Positions 20,725 through 29,714 of a DNA stretch of 64,000 nt are shown here, one piece after another; the first letter of the stretch is position 1, and each line of letters begins with the position of its first letter. Origin of the DNA: Candidatus Nanohaloarchaea archaeon (GTDB lineage Archaea > Nanohalarchaeota > Nanosalinia > Nanosalinales > Nanosalinaceae); the NCBI GenBank assembly GCA_014297435.1, contig JACOQA010000002.1, positions 64,001 through 128,000 of the forward strand. The letters are read 5' to 3'. Below the pieces are notes generated by a model. The model ran no database searches. It saw nothing but the letters and a program-made list of their open reading frames with translations, and was not told the origin of the DNA. The translations under genes and the position numbers were made by a program.

Positions 20725-21493
20725 CTTTACCACCGAATGATCCAAGGACTTTAACCTCGGCGTAAGTTTCCAGACATTTTTTCGTGTTCTCGAATTTCTC
20801 AGAGTTCTGGTCGGCCTCCGCCTCTATGTAGAAAAAGTAGTTTCCAAGACCATCTTTAGTCGGCCGAGACTGGATGTACGCCAAGTTAATTCCGTGTCCA
20901 GAAAAACATGAAAGCATCGACCCTAGAAGACCCGGACGATCCTCACCCGGCTCCACTATCATCGATGTCTTACTGCCTTCACTTTGTTTACCGTTTAAGA
21001 TGAAGAACCTGGTAGTGTTTGACTCACGATCCTGTACGCTTTCCTCCAGAATGTTTAGATCGTTTAGTTGTGCTGCAAGCTTGGAGCAGATCGCGGCTTC
21101 ACCTTCTTCTATTTCCTCAGCGGCTTTGGCAGTGCTTGAAGACTCTTTTTTCTCCCAGCCATTTTCTCCAATTATCTTTTTTGACTGTGTCAGTGCTTGT
21201 GGATGAGACCGAACTTTCTCGACATCGTTAATGTTTCCTTCTTTTGAGGCTAGTACGTGATCGATCTCGACCTTTACCTGTCCTGTAACCTCAACATCTC
21301 TTTCTCTCAACAAGTCGATCGATTCTGTTACTCCACCTCCAAGAGAGTTTTCGAACGGTATTACTGCTGCCTTGGCATCTGATTCAACCGCCTCTGTTAT
21401 AGTGGAGACCGGAACCGGTTCATAGTTGGAGAAGTATTTTTCTGCAGCTTGATGGGTGTATGTGCCTTCAGGTCCTAGGAACGCTACTTTCAT
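20717..21493 (-). CDS. pheA: Prephenate dehydratase with ACT domain
   Basis: VAFLGPEGTYT, PFENSLGG, SHPQAL, NTTRF, IQSRP. Confidence 0.94.
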   Translation of the reverse strand: MKVAFLGPEGTYTHQAAEKYFSNYEPVPVSTITEAVESDAKAAVIPFENSLGGGVTESIDLLRERDVEVTGQVKVEIDHVLASKEGNINDVEKVRSHPQALTQSKKIIGENGWEKKESSSTAKAAEEIEEGEAAICSKLAAQLNDLNILEESVQDRESNTTRFFILNGKQSEGSKTSMIVEPGEDRPGLLGSMLSCFSGHGINLAYIQSRPTKDGLGNYFFYIEAEADQNSEKFENTKKCLETYAEVKVLGSFGGKDA

Positions 21494-21759
21494 TACATAT
21501 CCTCTTCCTGTAAATCAACAGCAGTATCTATCAGTAGTTCAGCGAGTTCCCGACCTTTTTCTCGAGGTAGGTCTTCTTTTTCGAAAAGCTTCTCGAACTG
21601 ATCCTTAACAACTTCCTCTCTGCCTTCATCCTTGATTTCCATGCCGTTCTGTTTCTTGTATTCGCCGATCTCCTCGACAACGTTCATCCTGCGGGAAACT
21701 GCGTCAACGATCTCGGTATTAACCCTGTCAATCTCCTTCCGGTAATCCTCAAGATCCAT
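21493..21759 (-). CDS. Chorismate mutase (AroQ type), second copy
   Basis: LEDYRKEIDRVNTEIV...RR...IGEYK...DEGREEVV; similar to 18435-18731. Confidence 0.88.
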   Translation of the reverse strand: MDLEDYRKEIDRVNTEIVDAVSRRMNVVEEIGEYKKQNGMEIKDEGREEVVKDQFEKLFEKEDLPREKGRELAELLIDTAVDLQEEDM

Positions 21760-21800
21760 GTCTTTGATTCACCTTCGAAGCGTTTTATAAATGGCGGAGG

Positions 21801-22382
21801 TTATGGGGTGTTGAAATGCCCCATGTAGGGAGTATCCTCCGTATCAACATCTTCCATCTCTCTGTGACGAGTTCCATCATAAGTCGGAAAACCGCCATCA
21901 GTAACGACTGCTTTCTCCGATTCTTCAGTAACTTGGATCTCCCACGACGATTTCTCGCCATATTCTTTCCCCAGTTCCTGTCGGGTTTCGAACACCGTGT
22001 CTCGAACCTCAGAACGTTCACCGGCAATAACTACCTCATCGTCGAACTCGAAAACTTCAACATTCTCAGGTGCAGCTTTTTCGGCTTCATCCTTGCCGCT
22101 TTCAAATGTTCGTTGATACTCGAAACCGTTCTGGAAAACTTTTGGAAATGCTTCACGGAAACCTTCGATTCCTGCACCCTGGTCATAAACTTCTATGGAG
22201 TCGTCATAGTCGACTACTTTTATCCTGCCGTGATCGCTGTTGACATGTATATCTCTTCCGTTGGCGTCCCCTGGATAGTTCCAGGACCGGGCGGTTTCTA
22301 CAATCTCTTCCTCGTAACTTTCAGGCACCTCAACTTCTGTCCCGACATGGGTTGGCGAAAAGTCGAATCTTTTTGCAGCCAT
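21801..22382 (-). CDS. Hypothetical acidic protein with a VVTDGG motif
   Basis: 193 aa; coupled to the upstream ORF by a TAATG overlap. Confidence 0.75.
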   Translation of the reverse strand: MAAKRFDFSPTHVGTEVEVPESYEEEIVETARSWNYPGDANGRDIHVNSDHGRIKVVDYDDSIEVYDQGAGIEGFREAFPKVFQNGFEYQRTFESGKDEAEKAAPENVEVFEFDDEVVIAGERSEVRDTVFETRQELGKEYGEKSSWEIQVTEESEKAVVTDGGFPTYDGTRHREMEDVDTEDTPYMGHFNTP

Positions 22383-22879
22383 TATTCCATCACCGGGAAG
22401 CCGTCGTAGCTGTCAAAGGTGTTCGGTCTGTAGGTTTCTCCGTGGAACCAGCGTTCGATCTGTTTTGCCTGCTGAGGGTTCATATTACTGCCGATAACAT
22501 CATCAAGAAACTCATTTGTCTGATCGTAAACTTCATCAACAGCTGATTCGATCTCCATCATCTCATCCCTGTTAAAGGCGTACTCCTGAGAGATAGCCTC
22601 ACTACTTCCTTCAACGAATCTTTCTCCCGGGACTTCTAATGTGTCGAAGAACTCGCCATATTTTTGAGAGGGTTCTACATCTTCCTCCGGTTCGGCCAAT
22701 TTTTCCCACCAGATCTGACCTGAAGGATCTACATCATACACAGGATCTTCTCCTCCGTCCGTAACGGTTCTGTCGACTCTGCCGTTTACGGTTTCGAGCT
22801 CTCCTTCAGCTGTTTCCTTGAAGGTCATATGTGGAGCCTCTACTCTTTCCTTGATGCTGGAATCGCCTCCAGTATACAT
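22382..22879 (-). CDS. Hypothetical acidic protein with a TVTDGG motif, downstream of leader B
   Basis: 165 aa; ATG lies 4 nt after the His/Thr micro-ORF stop. Confidence 0.75.
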   Translation of the reverse strand: MYTGGDSSIKERVEAPHMTFKETAEGELETVNGRVDRTVTDGGEDPVYDVDPSGQIWWEKLAEPEEDVEPSQKYGEFFDTLEVPGERFVEGSSEAISQEYAFNRDEMMEIESAVDEVYDQTNEFLDDVIGSNMNPQQAKQIERWFHGETYRPNTFDSYDGFPVME

Positions 22880-22883
22880 GCTC

Positions 22884-22964
22884 TCAATACCTCTCTGGTT
22901 TTTCTGAATTAGTTTTGGGTTTTTCTCTCATGCCGTGTGTTGTGTGGTGTGTGTTGTGTGTCAT
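22884..22964 (-). CDS. Candidate His/Thr-rich micro-ORF MTHNTHHTTHGMREKPKTNSEKPERY
   Basis: Translated by hand; 4 His and 4 Thr in codons 2-10; similar to 13112-13186. Confidence 0.55.
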   Translation of the reverse strand: MTHNTHHTTHGMREKPKTNSEKPERY

Positions 22965-23145
22965 GATTGTATCACGAATACGAAATGGCGTTTTCTACGG
23001 TTTTACCGTGAGAAAAGCCTTTTTTGGAATTTACAGCAGAATCAGTAGCAGCAGAAGTAGCAGTAAAATTGAAGATAATACGAAGTCAGTAGAAACCGAA
23101 ATTTTAGTTGAGAAGATCCGTGAGAAAGCTGGGGCTCGACCCGTC

Positions 23146-23187
23146 TTAAAGTTGCAGAACCCGTCCACCCTGAGTTGCGGACATCAT
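23146..23187 (-). CDS. Candidate leaderless micro-ORF MMSATQGGRVLQL (GG-leader copy B)
   Basis: TTTATAAA (23212-23219) ends 24 nt before the ATG; in-frame CAG GGT GGA CGG. Confidence 0.55.
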   Translation of the reverse strand: MMSATQGGRVLQL

Positions 23188-23281
23188 CGTAACTATGAAT
23201 AGACAACAGAATTTATAAACAATTTGCCGCACACACCCAGGCTAAGCCAGCTATTTATTATTTGAACTGGACATACAGTTC

Positions 23282-23674
23282 ATGAAAGATTCAACCGGAT
23301 TTGACGACCATCTAGACGAAGTTGAAATTGATCCAGACCATTTCGAATATCTTGAAGGTCCAGATGTTGCAGAAGAAGGAGATTCATATGCGGTTAATAC
23401 ACCCCTCCATGCAATTTACGAATCAAAGAAGTCCCGAGTTTTCGCATCACTACTAAGCGAGTTAGACAACTCTGTTGGAGAAGAGGCTCTGGAAAGACTT
23501 TCAGGCGTCTCTGACCCATACAGCGTGGCCGAACAGCTTACAGAGGAGCCATCTGAAGAAAACAGCATAGTTGAGGAAACTGACGAAGGATACATAGCAA
23601 ACTTTGAACATCCTCACACTACCGGGCTTGCACTACTAGAGAGGGAGCTCGTGGAGGCATACCACTTAGAGTAA
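23282..23674 (+). CDS. Hypothetical protein, possibly winged-helix-like
   Basis: Acidic 130-aa ORF; LERLSGVS...AEQL...IVEE..EGY pattern. Confidence 0.6.
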   Translation: MKDSTGFDDHLDEVEIDPDHFEYLEGPDVAEEGDSYAVNTPLHAIYESKKSRVFASLLSELDNSVGEEALERLSGVSDPYSVAEQLTEEPSEENSIVEETDEGYIANFEHPHTTGLALLERELVEAYHLE

Positions 23675-24364
23675 CTAGAAGATTCCTTCTCCATCCGACT
23701 CCATCAACCCATCATCTGTTATCTTAAATCTTCTTGACTTCCCTTCAGGCATCGAGCGATGTTTCTCTATCTCGGCTTTCCTTATACCTTGTTCAACGGT
23801 GGATAGTTTGAGAAGACATTTTGACCAGTAGCGCGGCACGTCTCGTCCTACTAGTTCAAGATCGTCCTCATCGAATGAAGTGTAAACCTGGTTTGTCACT
23901 AGAACCGGGATCTCTTCTTTTCGTGCGATCTTCGAGAGGTGCGAGAGAAGCTGTGAAAGAGTCTGGTTAACTTTCTGTACTTTGTCTCCTGTTGCCTGTA
24001 GTCTGTATAGCGAGACTAGAGAGTCGACTATGATTATCTCTGGATCGTGTTTCTCGACTACTGATTCAAGCGACATTATCGCGTCTACTTGTTCTTCGAA
24101 GGTTACTGGTTCGTTTACGACTATGTTTTCAAGTGCTTCGTCGGATGCGATCTGTGTAAATCTTTCTGGACTGAATCCTTTCTCGGTGTCGATATAAACG
24201 GCTTTATCTCCGTTCTCGCAGACATTCGCCGCTACCTGTATGCAGAAGTTGGTTTTTCCTGAGCCGGATTCGCCGAAGACGTTGGTGACGATTCCGCGCT
24301 CGATCCCCCCTTTTAGGAACGAGTCAATAGGCTCGCTCCCCGTTTCGAGCCTTTCAACTTTCAC
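23675..24364 (-). CDS. radB: DNA repair and recombination protein RadB
   Basis: RecA fold without the RadA N-domain; GESGSGKT, YIDTE, IIVDS, C-terminal KHR motif. Confidence 0.92.
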   Translation of the reverse strand: MKVERLETGSEPIDSFLKGGIERGIVTNVFGESGSGKTNFCIQVAANVCENGDKAVYIDTEKGFSPERFTQIASDEALENIVVNEPVTFEEQVDAIMSLESVVEKHDPEIIIVDSLVSLYRLQATGDKVQKVNQTLSQLLSHLSKIARKEEIPVLVTNQVYTSFDEDDLELVGRDVPRYWSKCLLKLSTVEQGIRKAEIEKHRSMPEGKSRRFKITDDGLMESDGEGIF

Positions 24365-24468
24365 AGTACAGAGTTCTATCAAAAGCTTTTATCGTTGTCC
24401 GATGGCAAACATGTTTTTTACTGACGTCAACAAAAAACCGTTTAAATGTTGACCCTAATTGTAGGCTT

Positions 24469-24816
24469 ATGTCCGAAAAGGAAGCCGACCTACTGACATA
24501 CAATACTCTGAAGGACCGTTTCGAATCAGTCTACGAACGGAACAAGTTCTACAGGGGTTTATTCGGCTACAAACAGACCGTGAAGAAGAACGGCAAAAAG
24601 TACGAATACGAGAAGGAAGGCTTGATGGATGAAATACCTAATGCAAGGATCGATGACTCAGTGTTTATAATCGCGAAGAAGAACACTGAACGTGTGGTCG
24701 ACTACTTTCAGGACTGGGGCAACAAGGTGTCCCACCACGTCTTCACAGTACTAGTAGAAGACGAGGAAATCATTCAGAAGATCAAAGGTGATACTCATGA
24801 CAGACAACGAAGATGA
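24469..24816 (+). CDS. Hypothetical protein overlapping the cdc48 start
   Basis: 115 aa; TTTAAA upstream; no family confidently recognised. Confidence 0.7.
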   Translation: MSEKEADLLTYNTLKDRFESVYERNKFYRGLFGYKQTVKKNGKKYEYEKEGLMDEIPNARIDDSVFIIAKKNTERVVDYFQDWGNKVSHHVFTVLVEDEEIIQKIKGDTHDRQRR

Positions 24817-27085
24817 TAACGTAAAACTACGTGTAGGAGAAGTGCCGCCAAACGCCCAACAAGACATAGGAAGAGGGATCGTCAGAATCGACTCCAAAGT
24901 GATGGACGAACTCGGCGTAACCGAAGGCGACGCAGTAAGCATAAAAGATGATAGAGAAACAGTAGGAAGAGTTGCAAGAAGTTATCCTGCCGACAAAGGT
25001 CTTGGAATAGCAAGAATGGACGGCTACATGCGTAAAAACGCAGGCACCTCACTAGGACAGAAAGTAGATGTATCAAAGGCCGAACTAGAAGAAGCCGACA
25101 AAATAACACTGGCTCCAGCAGAAGAAGGAGTAATGATCCAGGTTAACAACCCAGATATTTTCAAGAAAGCCCTGTTAGGACGCGCCGTCATGAAGGGCGA
25201 CATAGTAGTTCCTGGAGAACCAAGCGATAGAAGAAAATCGCTTTTCGACGAGTTCTCTCACGCATTCGACATGGATACCGACCATTTCAAGTTCTCGTTT
25301 GGTCAAGATACAAAGCTTGCAGTCGTCTCTACTAAACCTAAAGGCGCTGTCAAGATAACAGAAAAAACGGAGATCGAAGTGAAACAGCAAGCAGTAGAAT
25401 CAACCGAACAACAGGAAGTAAGAGTTCCCGAAGTCACTTACGAAGACATCGGAGGACTCGAAGAAGAAATACAGCAAGTAAGAGAAATGATAGAGCTACC
25501 TCTGAAACATCCTGAAGTCTTCCAGCAATTAGGGATAGATGCGCCTTCAGGCGTGCTGCTTCACGGACCTCCAGGAACAGGAAAAACGTTACTGGCTAAG
25601 GCTGTAGCCAACGAAGCCGACGCAACTTTCATGTCGATCAACGGTCCAGAAATCATGTCAAAATACTACGGAGAATCAGAAAAACAGCTAAGGGAGAAGT
25701 TCGAGGAAGCCCAGGACAACGCACCTGCAATTATCTTCATCGACGAAATCGATGCCATCGCATCCAAAAGAAGCGAAGTCGGTGGCGAAGTCGAAAGAAG
25801 AGTTGTTGCACAGCTACTCTCCTTGATGGACGGACTTGAAGAACGTGAGAACGTTATCGTGATCGCTGCAACAAACCGTGTAGATGCTGTAGACGAAGCT
25901 CTTAGAAGAGGCGGAAGATTCGACAGAGAGATCGAAATAGGAGTTCCTAACAGAGAGGGCAGGAAGGAGATCATGCAGATCCATACCCGAAACATGCCTT
26001 TAACCGACAATGTTGACTTGGGCGAGCTCGCAGAAAACACGCATGGCTACGTGGGAGCAGACCTAGAGGCAGTAGCAAAAGAGGCAGCTATGTCAGTTCT
26101 CAGAGACGTGTTGCCGGAAATAGACCTGGATGAAGAGATTCCTAGCGAGGTGATGGAACAACTCGTTGTAGATCGAGATTCCATGCTTGAAGGTATCAGA
26201 AAGGTTCAGCCTTCCGCGATGAGAGAAGTAATGGTTGAAATACCTTCTGTCACTTGGGAAGATGTAGGGGGTCTGGAGAGTACGAAAGAGAATTTGCGAG
26301 AGATGGTCGAATGGCCTCAGAAATACCCTGAACGCTTTGAGAAGATGGGTATTGAGGTTCCGAAAGGCATCCTACTATACGGACTCCCAGGAACAGGAAA
26401 AACACTGTTAGCGAAAGCCGTAGCGAACGAAGCCAACGCCAACTTCATCTCAATCAAAGGACCTGAAATTTTCTCAAAGTATGTTGGTGAATCTGAGGAA
26501 GCCGTAAGAGAAGTCTTCCAGAAAGCTCGCCAAGTCGCACCATGTATCCTGTTCATCGATGAGATCGACTCCATTGCAACCAAGAGAGGATCGAGAAGTG
26601 ATTCAGGTGTAGGCGACCGTGTTGTCAACCAGTTACTAACAGAATTGGACGGTATTGAAAACCTTGAAGGCGTGACAGTGATCGCTGCAACGAACAGACC
26701 TGACCTGATCGATCCCGCAATCCTGAGACCCGGGAGAATTGATAGAGACATAGAGGTAGAGGTACCGGATCTAGAGGCTAGAAAGAGGATTCTCGAAGTC
26801 CACACGAGCAAAATGCCTCTAAACTCGGATGTAGATCTTGATGACCTTGCAGATAGGCTTGAAGGTTATGTAGGAAGCGATATCGAGTCACTGACTAGAG
26901 AGGCCGGTATGAAAGCTCTCAGAGAAGACACCGAATCTGAAGAAGTCAAGATGGAGCACTTCGAGCAGGCGATGGAAGAGACAAGTCCGACAGCGACCGA
27001 GGAAAACATGGAGCATTACAAGGCGATGATGCAAAAGATGGATCAAGTCGAGGAACCTGATGAAGGACCTGACTACTACGCCTAA
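24797..27085 (+). CDS. cdc48: CDC48/VCP/VAT AAA+ ATPase
   Basis: N-domain plus two AAA modules ([16 protein letters not shown]; FIDEID); C-terminal YYA (HbYX-like). Confidence 0.96.
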   Translation: MTDNEDDNVKLRVGEVPPNAQQDIGRGIVRIDSKVMDELGVTEGDAVSIKDDRETVGRVARSYPADKGLGIARMDGYMRKNAGTSLGQKVDVSKAELEEADKITLAPAEEGVMIQVNNPDIFKKALLGRAVMKGDIVVPGEPSDRRKSLFDEFSHAFDMDTDHFKFSFGQDTKLAVVSTKPKGAVKITEKTEIEVKQQAVESTEQQEVRVPEVTYEDIGGLEEEIQQVREMIELPLKHPEVFQQLGIDAPSGVLLHGPPGTGKTLLAKAVANEADATFMSINGPEIMSKYYGESEKQLREKFEEAQDNAPAIIFIDEIDAIASKRSEVGGEVERRVVAQLLSLMDGLEERENVIVIAATNRVDAVDEALRRGGRFDREIEIGVPNREGRKEIMQIHTRNMPLTDNVDLGELAENTHGYVGADLEAVAKEAAMSVLRDVLPEIDLDEEIPSEVMEQLVVDRDSMLEGIRKVQPSAMREVMVEIPSVTWEDVGGLESTKENLREMVEWPQKYPERFEKMGIEVPKGILLYGLPGTGKTLLAKAVANEANANFISIKGPEIFSKYVGESEEAVREVFQKARQVAPCILFIDEIDSIATKRGSRSDSGVGDRVVNQLLTELDGIENLEGVTVIAATNRPDLIDPAILRPGRIDRDIEVEVPDLEARKRILEVHTSKMPLNSDVDLDDLADRLEGYVGSDIESLTREAGMKALREDTESEEVKMEHFEQAMEETSPTATEENMEHYKAMMQKMDQVEEPDEGPDYYA

Positions 27086-27164
27086 AACCACTCTCCTAAT
27101 TTTTCCTCTTAATCCTCCAATTAACCAAGTGGTATAATAAACGGTTCAGCAAAAATGTTTGAAT

Positions 27165-28145
27165 ATGACCGACGATTTTGAGTGCGATAAATGCGGAGAT
27201 TCTTTCGACTCGGAAAGAGGGTTGAAAGTCCACACCGCACAGATGCATAATGGAGAAGACTCAAAAGAACAACCCAAAACCAATACTGAAGAACCTGAGG
27301 CATCTACAAACTCGAAAATTTCTGTTTCGAAGAAGAACTTTGTCTCAGGAGTTTTCATCCTAGGTCTGGCGCTAGGATTTATTGGAGGTATCTATGCACC
27401 TGTCCCGGGAGACACCTCCGAGGCGTTGGAAACAACCGGAAGCACAGCACCCGAGATAGATTCTGAAGGATCGCAGAACGCTGACACCAACACAGGTTCT
27501 GAAGTTGTAACCCTTCAGGAAACGAAGTATCCTTACGGCAACTTGAATCACGGGGTAGGTTCAGGCACAATAACCAAGGGCAACAAGACTTTTGATGTTG
27601 AGGGAGAGCCTTACATCGGCAGTGAAGACTCTGAAGTTACGATGGTTGCGTTTGAAGACTTTGAATGTCCGTTCTGCAACCGCTTCAACAACAACGCGTT
27701 TCCTTCGATTGTTGAGAACCATGTGAGGGCTGGCGAAGCACGTTACTACTGGAAGAACTTCCCTCTGCAGCGCCTACACCCTTGGGCTGAAGCATCAGGA
27801 GTTGCAGCCGAATGTGCTCTAAATCAGGACAGTGAGGCGTTCTGGATCTTCAAGAACGGATTCTTCAACAACCAAGACGCTTTGAACAACGTCTATAAAT
27901 CCGATCAAGCAAAGTTCGATCAGTCAATGAAGAAATGGGCTTCACAGATTGGTTTAGACACAGAGAAGTTCAACTCGTGCTACGACAATCAGGAAGAGCT
28001 TGAAGAGGTTCAAGAAGACCAGCAGCAAGGTTCAGAGCTTGGAGTTAGCGGCACACCTACGGTGTTTGTCAACGACCAGAAGTTGGTAGGCGCTCAGCCT
28101 TATTCCAAGTTTGAGTCCGCAATCAACTCAAAATTGGGACAGTGA
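27165..28145 (+). CDS. Membrane-anchored DsbA/BdbD-like thiol-disulfide oxidoreductase with an N-terminal C2H2 zinc finger
   Basis: CDKC-x12-HTAQMH, transmembrane helix, DFECPFC, GVSGTPT. Confidence 0.88.
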   Translation: MTDDFECDKCGDSFDSERGLKVHTAQMHNGEDSKEQPKTNTEEPEASTNSKISVSKKNFVSGVFILGLALGFIGGIYAPVPGDTSEALETTGSTAPEIDSEGSQNADTNTGSEVVTLQETKYPYGNLNHGVGSGTITKGNKTFDVEGEPYIGSEDSEVTMVAFEDFECPFCNRFNNNAFPSIVENHVRAGEARYYWKNFPLQRLHPWAEASGVAAECALNQDSEAFWIFKNGFFNNQDALNNVYKSDQAKFDQSMKKWASQIGLDTEKFNSCYDNQEELEEVQEDQQQGSELGVSGTPTVFVNDQKLVGAQPYSKFESAINSKLGQ

Positions 28146-28651
28146 ACACGAAGGAAAAAACCAGAAGACTTAGAGAAGCTTTCAGGGCAAGCGTGAAGAC
28201 GAAAAAGAGATTGCTTGCCACCTCAGTATCTATTTTTTCTGTTTTCTCTCTTATGGTCTTAAGTGCAAGACCTATCTATACCTACCAGATGCTAGATTCT
28301 AGCCTTCTAAGCCTTCCTGTAGCGATAAAGGACCTCTACCTTTACAACAACCCTGGAAAAATCAGTATGGCTCTTACTGCAATCTACTCATTTTTAGGAG
28401 GAATAGCGCTAGTAATATCTTACGTACAGTTGAGAACTCAGGGATTGAACTTGAAAGGTGTCACCAGCATAGCTCCTGGTTTCTTGGTAAGTGGCTGTGC
28501 CGGGTGCGGAGTAGGAATAATAGGTTTACTGGGTTTTACAGGTGCTTTAGCTGCCTTGCCTTTCGGAGGAAACCTAGTTATGTTGGGAGGAATTCTGCTG
28601 CTTATCTTCTATCTAAACAGAACTGGTAACCCGGAGACGTGCAAGATATAG
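28142..28651 (+). CDS. Membrane protein with CxxC (GCAGC), coupled to DsbA
   Basis: Several hydrophobic helices, GCAGCG, C-terminal TC; 4-nt overlap with the DsbA stop. Confidence 0.75.
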   Translation: MNTKEKTRRLREAFRASVKTKKRLLATSVSIFSVFSLMVLSARPIYTYQMLDSSLLSLPVAIKDLYLYNNPGKISMALTAIYSFLGGIALVISYVQLRTQGLNLKGVTSIAPGFLVSGCAGCGVGIIGLLGFTGALAALPFGGNLVMLGGILLLIFYLNRTGNPETCKI

Positions 28652-29542
28652 TTAACGACGGGTTGTAACGATGTTTTCACCGCCATCCATTCCTACTAAA
28701 ACAGTATGTTCTGCCTGGGCAACCAGTGAACCTTCTCGATCCTTCAATACATCGTAAGACTTCACAACCCCTTTCTGGACAAGCTTGTTCAAAGCCATTT
28801 TGTAACGACCGCCATAATTGTTCAGCCAGCGAGAAGTAAACGGAAGACCGTTAAAATTCTTTATTTCTCCCATAAGCTTTCTTTCAGCTCTGCCTCTAAC
28901 ACTTCTGTTCGATTCAAGCATGTAGATATTGCCAGGTTTGCCGTTCATCATCTTACCAGAACCTGTCGAAATAAAGGGCTCTATAGCCACAGCGTCTCCT
29001 TTCTTGAATTCGTGTGTTGAAGCGTTATCGCAGTTAGGTACTGAAACTCCGGCGTGTTGTGTGTAACGGTCAAGATAATGTCCGGTCAAGTTTGTAACTA
29101 TATTATATTCGCCAGGGACCTGTCTCTCTACATGTCTGCCGAACTCACCAATAGTCTTACCTGGTTCAACGAAATCCAGCGCTTCCTCAAGAACTTTCTC
29201 GACTGTTTCTATCATATCCTGATGTTTGCCTGATGGGTTTACTGTTAGAGCAGTATCGGCTATAAAGCCATCAGAATGAGCGCCTATATCCACCTTTAAA
29301 ACATCATCAGCTTTTAGCTCTCTATCTCCGCCCGGCGGAGGAGTATAATGCGCCGCTTGTTCGTTAATCGAAAGATTAACAGGGAACGCAGGTTCTAAAC
29401 CGTCATTTCTAATAGATTTTTCGACTTTCTCGGCAATATCCACAAGTTTGGTTCCTGGCTTTGCCTCCTCTCTAGCCAGTTTTCTGGCTTTCTGAACTGT
29501 TTCCCCTGCCTTAATGTAGTTGTCTTTTTCTGACTGCTCCAT
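28652..29542 (-). CDS. map: Methionine aminopeptidase type II
   Basis: AFPVNLSINEQAAHYTP, KVDIGAH, DTA, NLTGH, AIEPF, AQAEHTV. Confidence 0.95.
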   Translation of the reverse strand: MEQSEKDNYIKAGETVQKARKLAREEAKPGTKLVDIAEKVEKSIRNDGLEPAFPVNLSINEQAAHYTPPPGGDRELKADDVLKVDIGAHSDGFIADTALTVNPSGKHQDMIETVEKVLEEALDFVEPGKTIGEFGRHVERQVPGEYNIVTNLTGHYLDRYTQHAGVSVPNCDNASTHEFKKGDAVAIEPFISTGSGKMMNGKPGNIYMLESNRSVRGRAERKLMGEIKNFNGLPFTSRWLNNYGGRYKMALNKLVQKGVVKSYDVLKDREGSLVAQAEHTVLVGMDGGENIVTTRR

Positions 29543-29714
29543 GTACCTACGGATCATGAAGAAAGTTAAAACTCCTTCGGAGAACAATCTTACCCCCGCT
29601 TTCTCTATATTCGATCACGTTTCCTGACAGAATAAATTCGAAGAGAACCTGTAAGAACAATCCGAATATATTTTCTACTTTAGAATAGAAGAATTGAAAG
29701 AACAAATGACGCGA

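Noticed and set aside
22915-23202. 95-aa plus-strand ORF covering leader B
   Set aside because: Antisense to the promoter and micro-ORF architecture, TTG start, Cys/Val-rich composition explained by the GT tract
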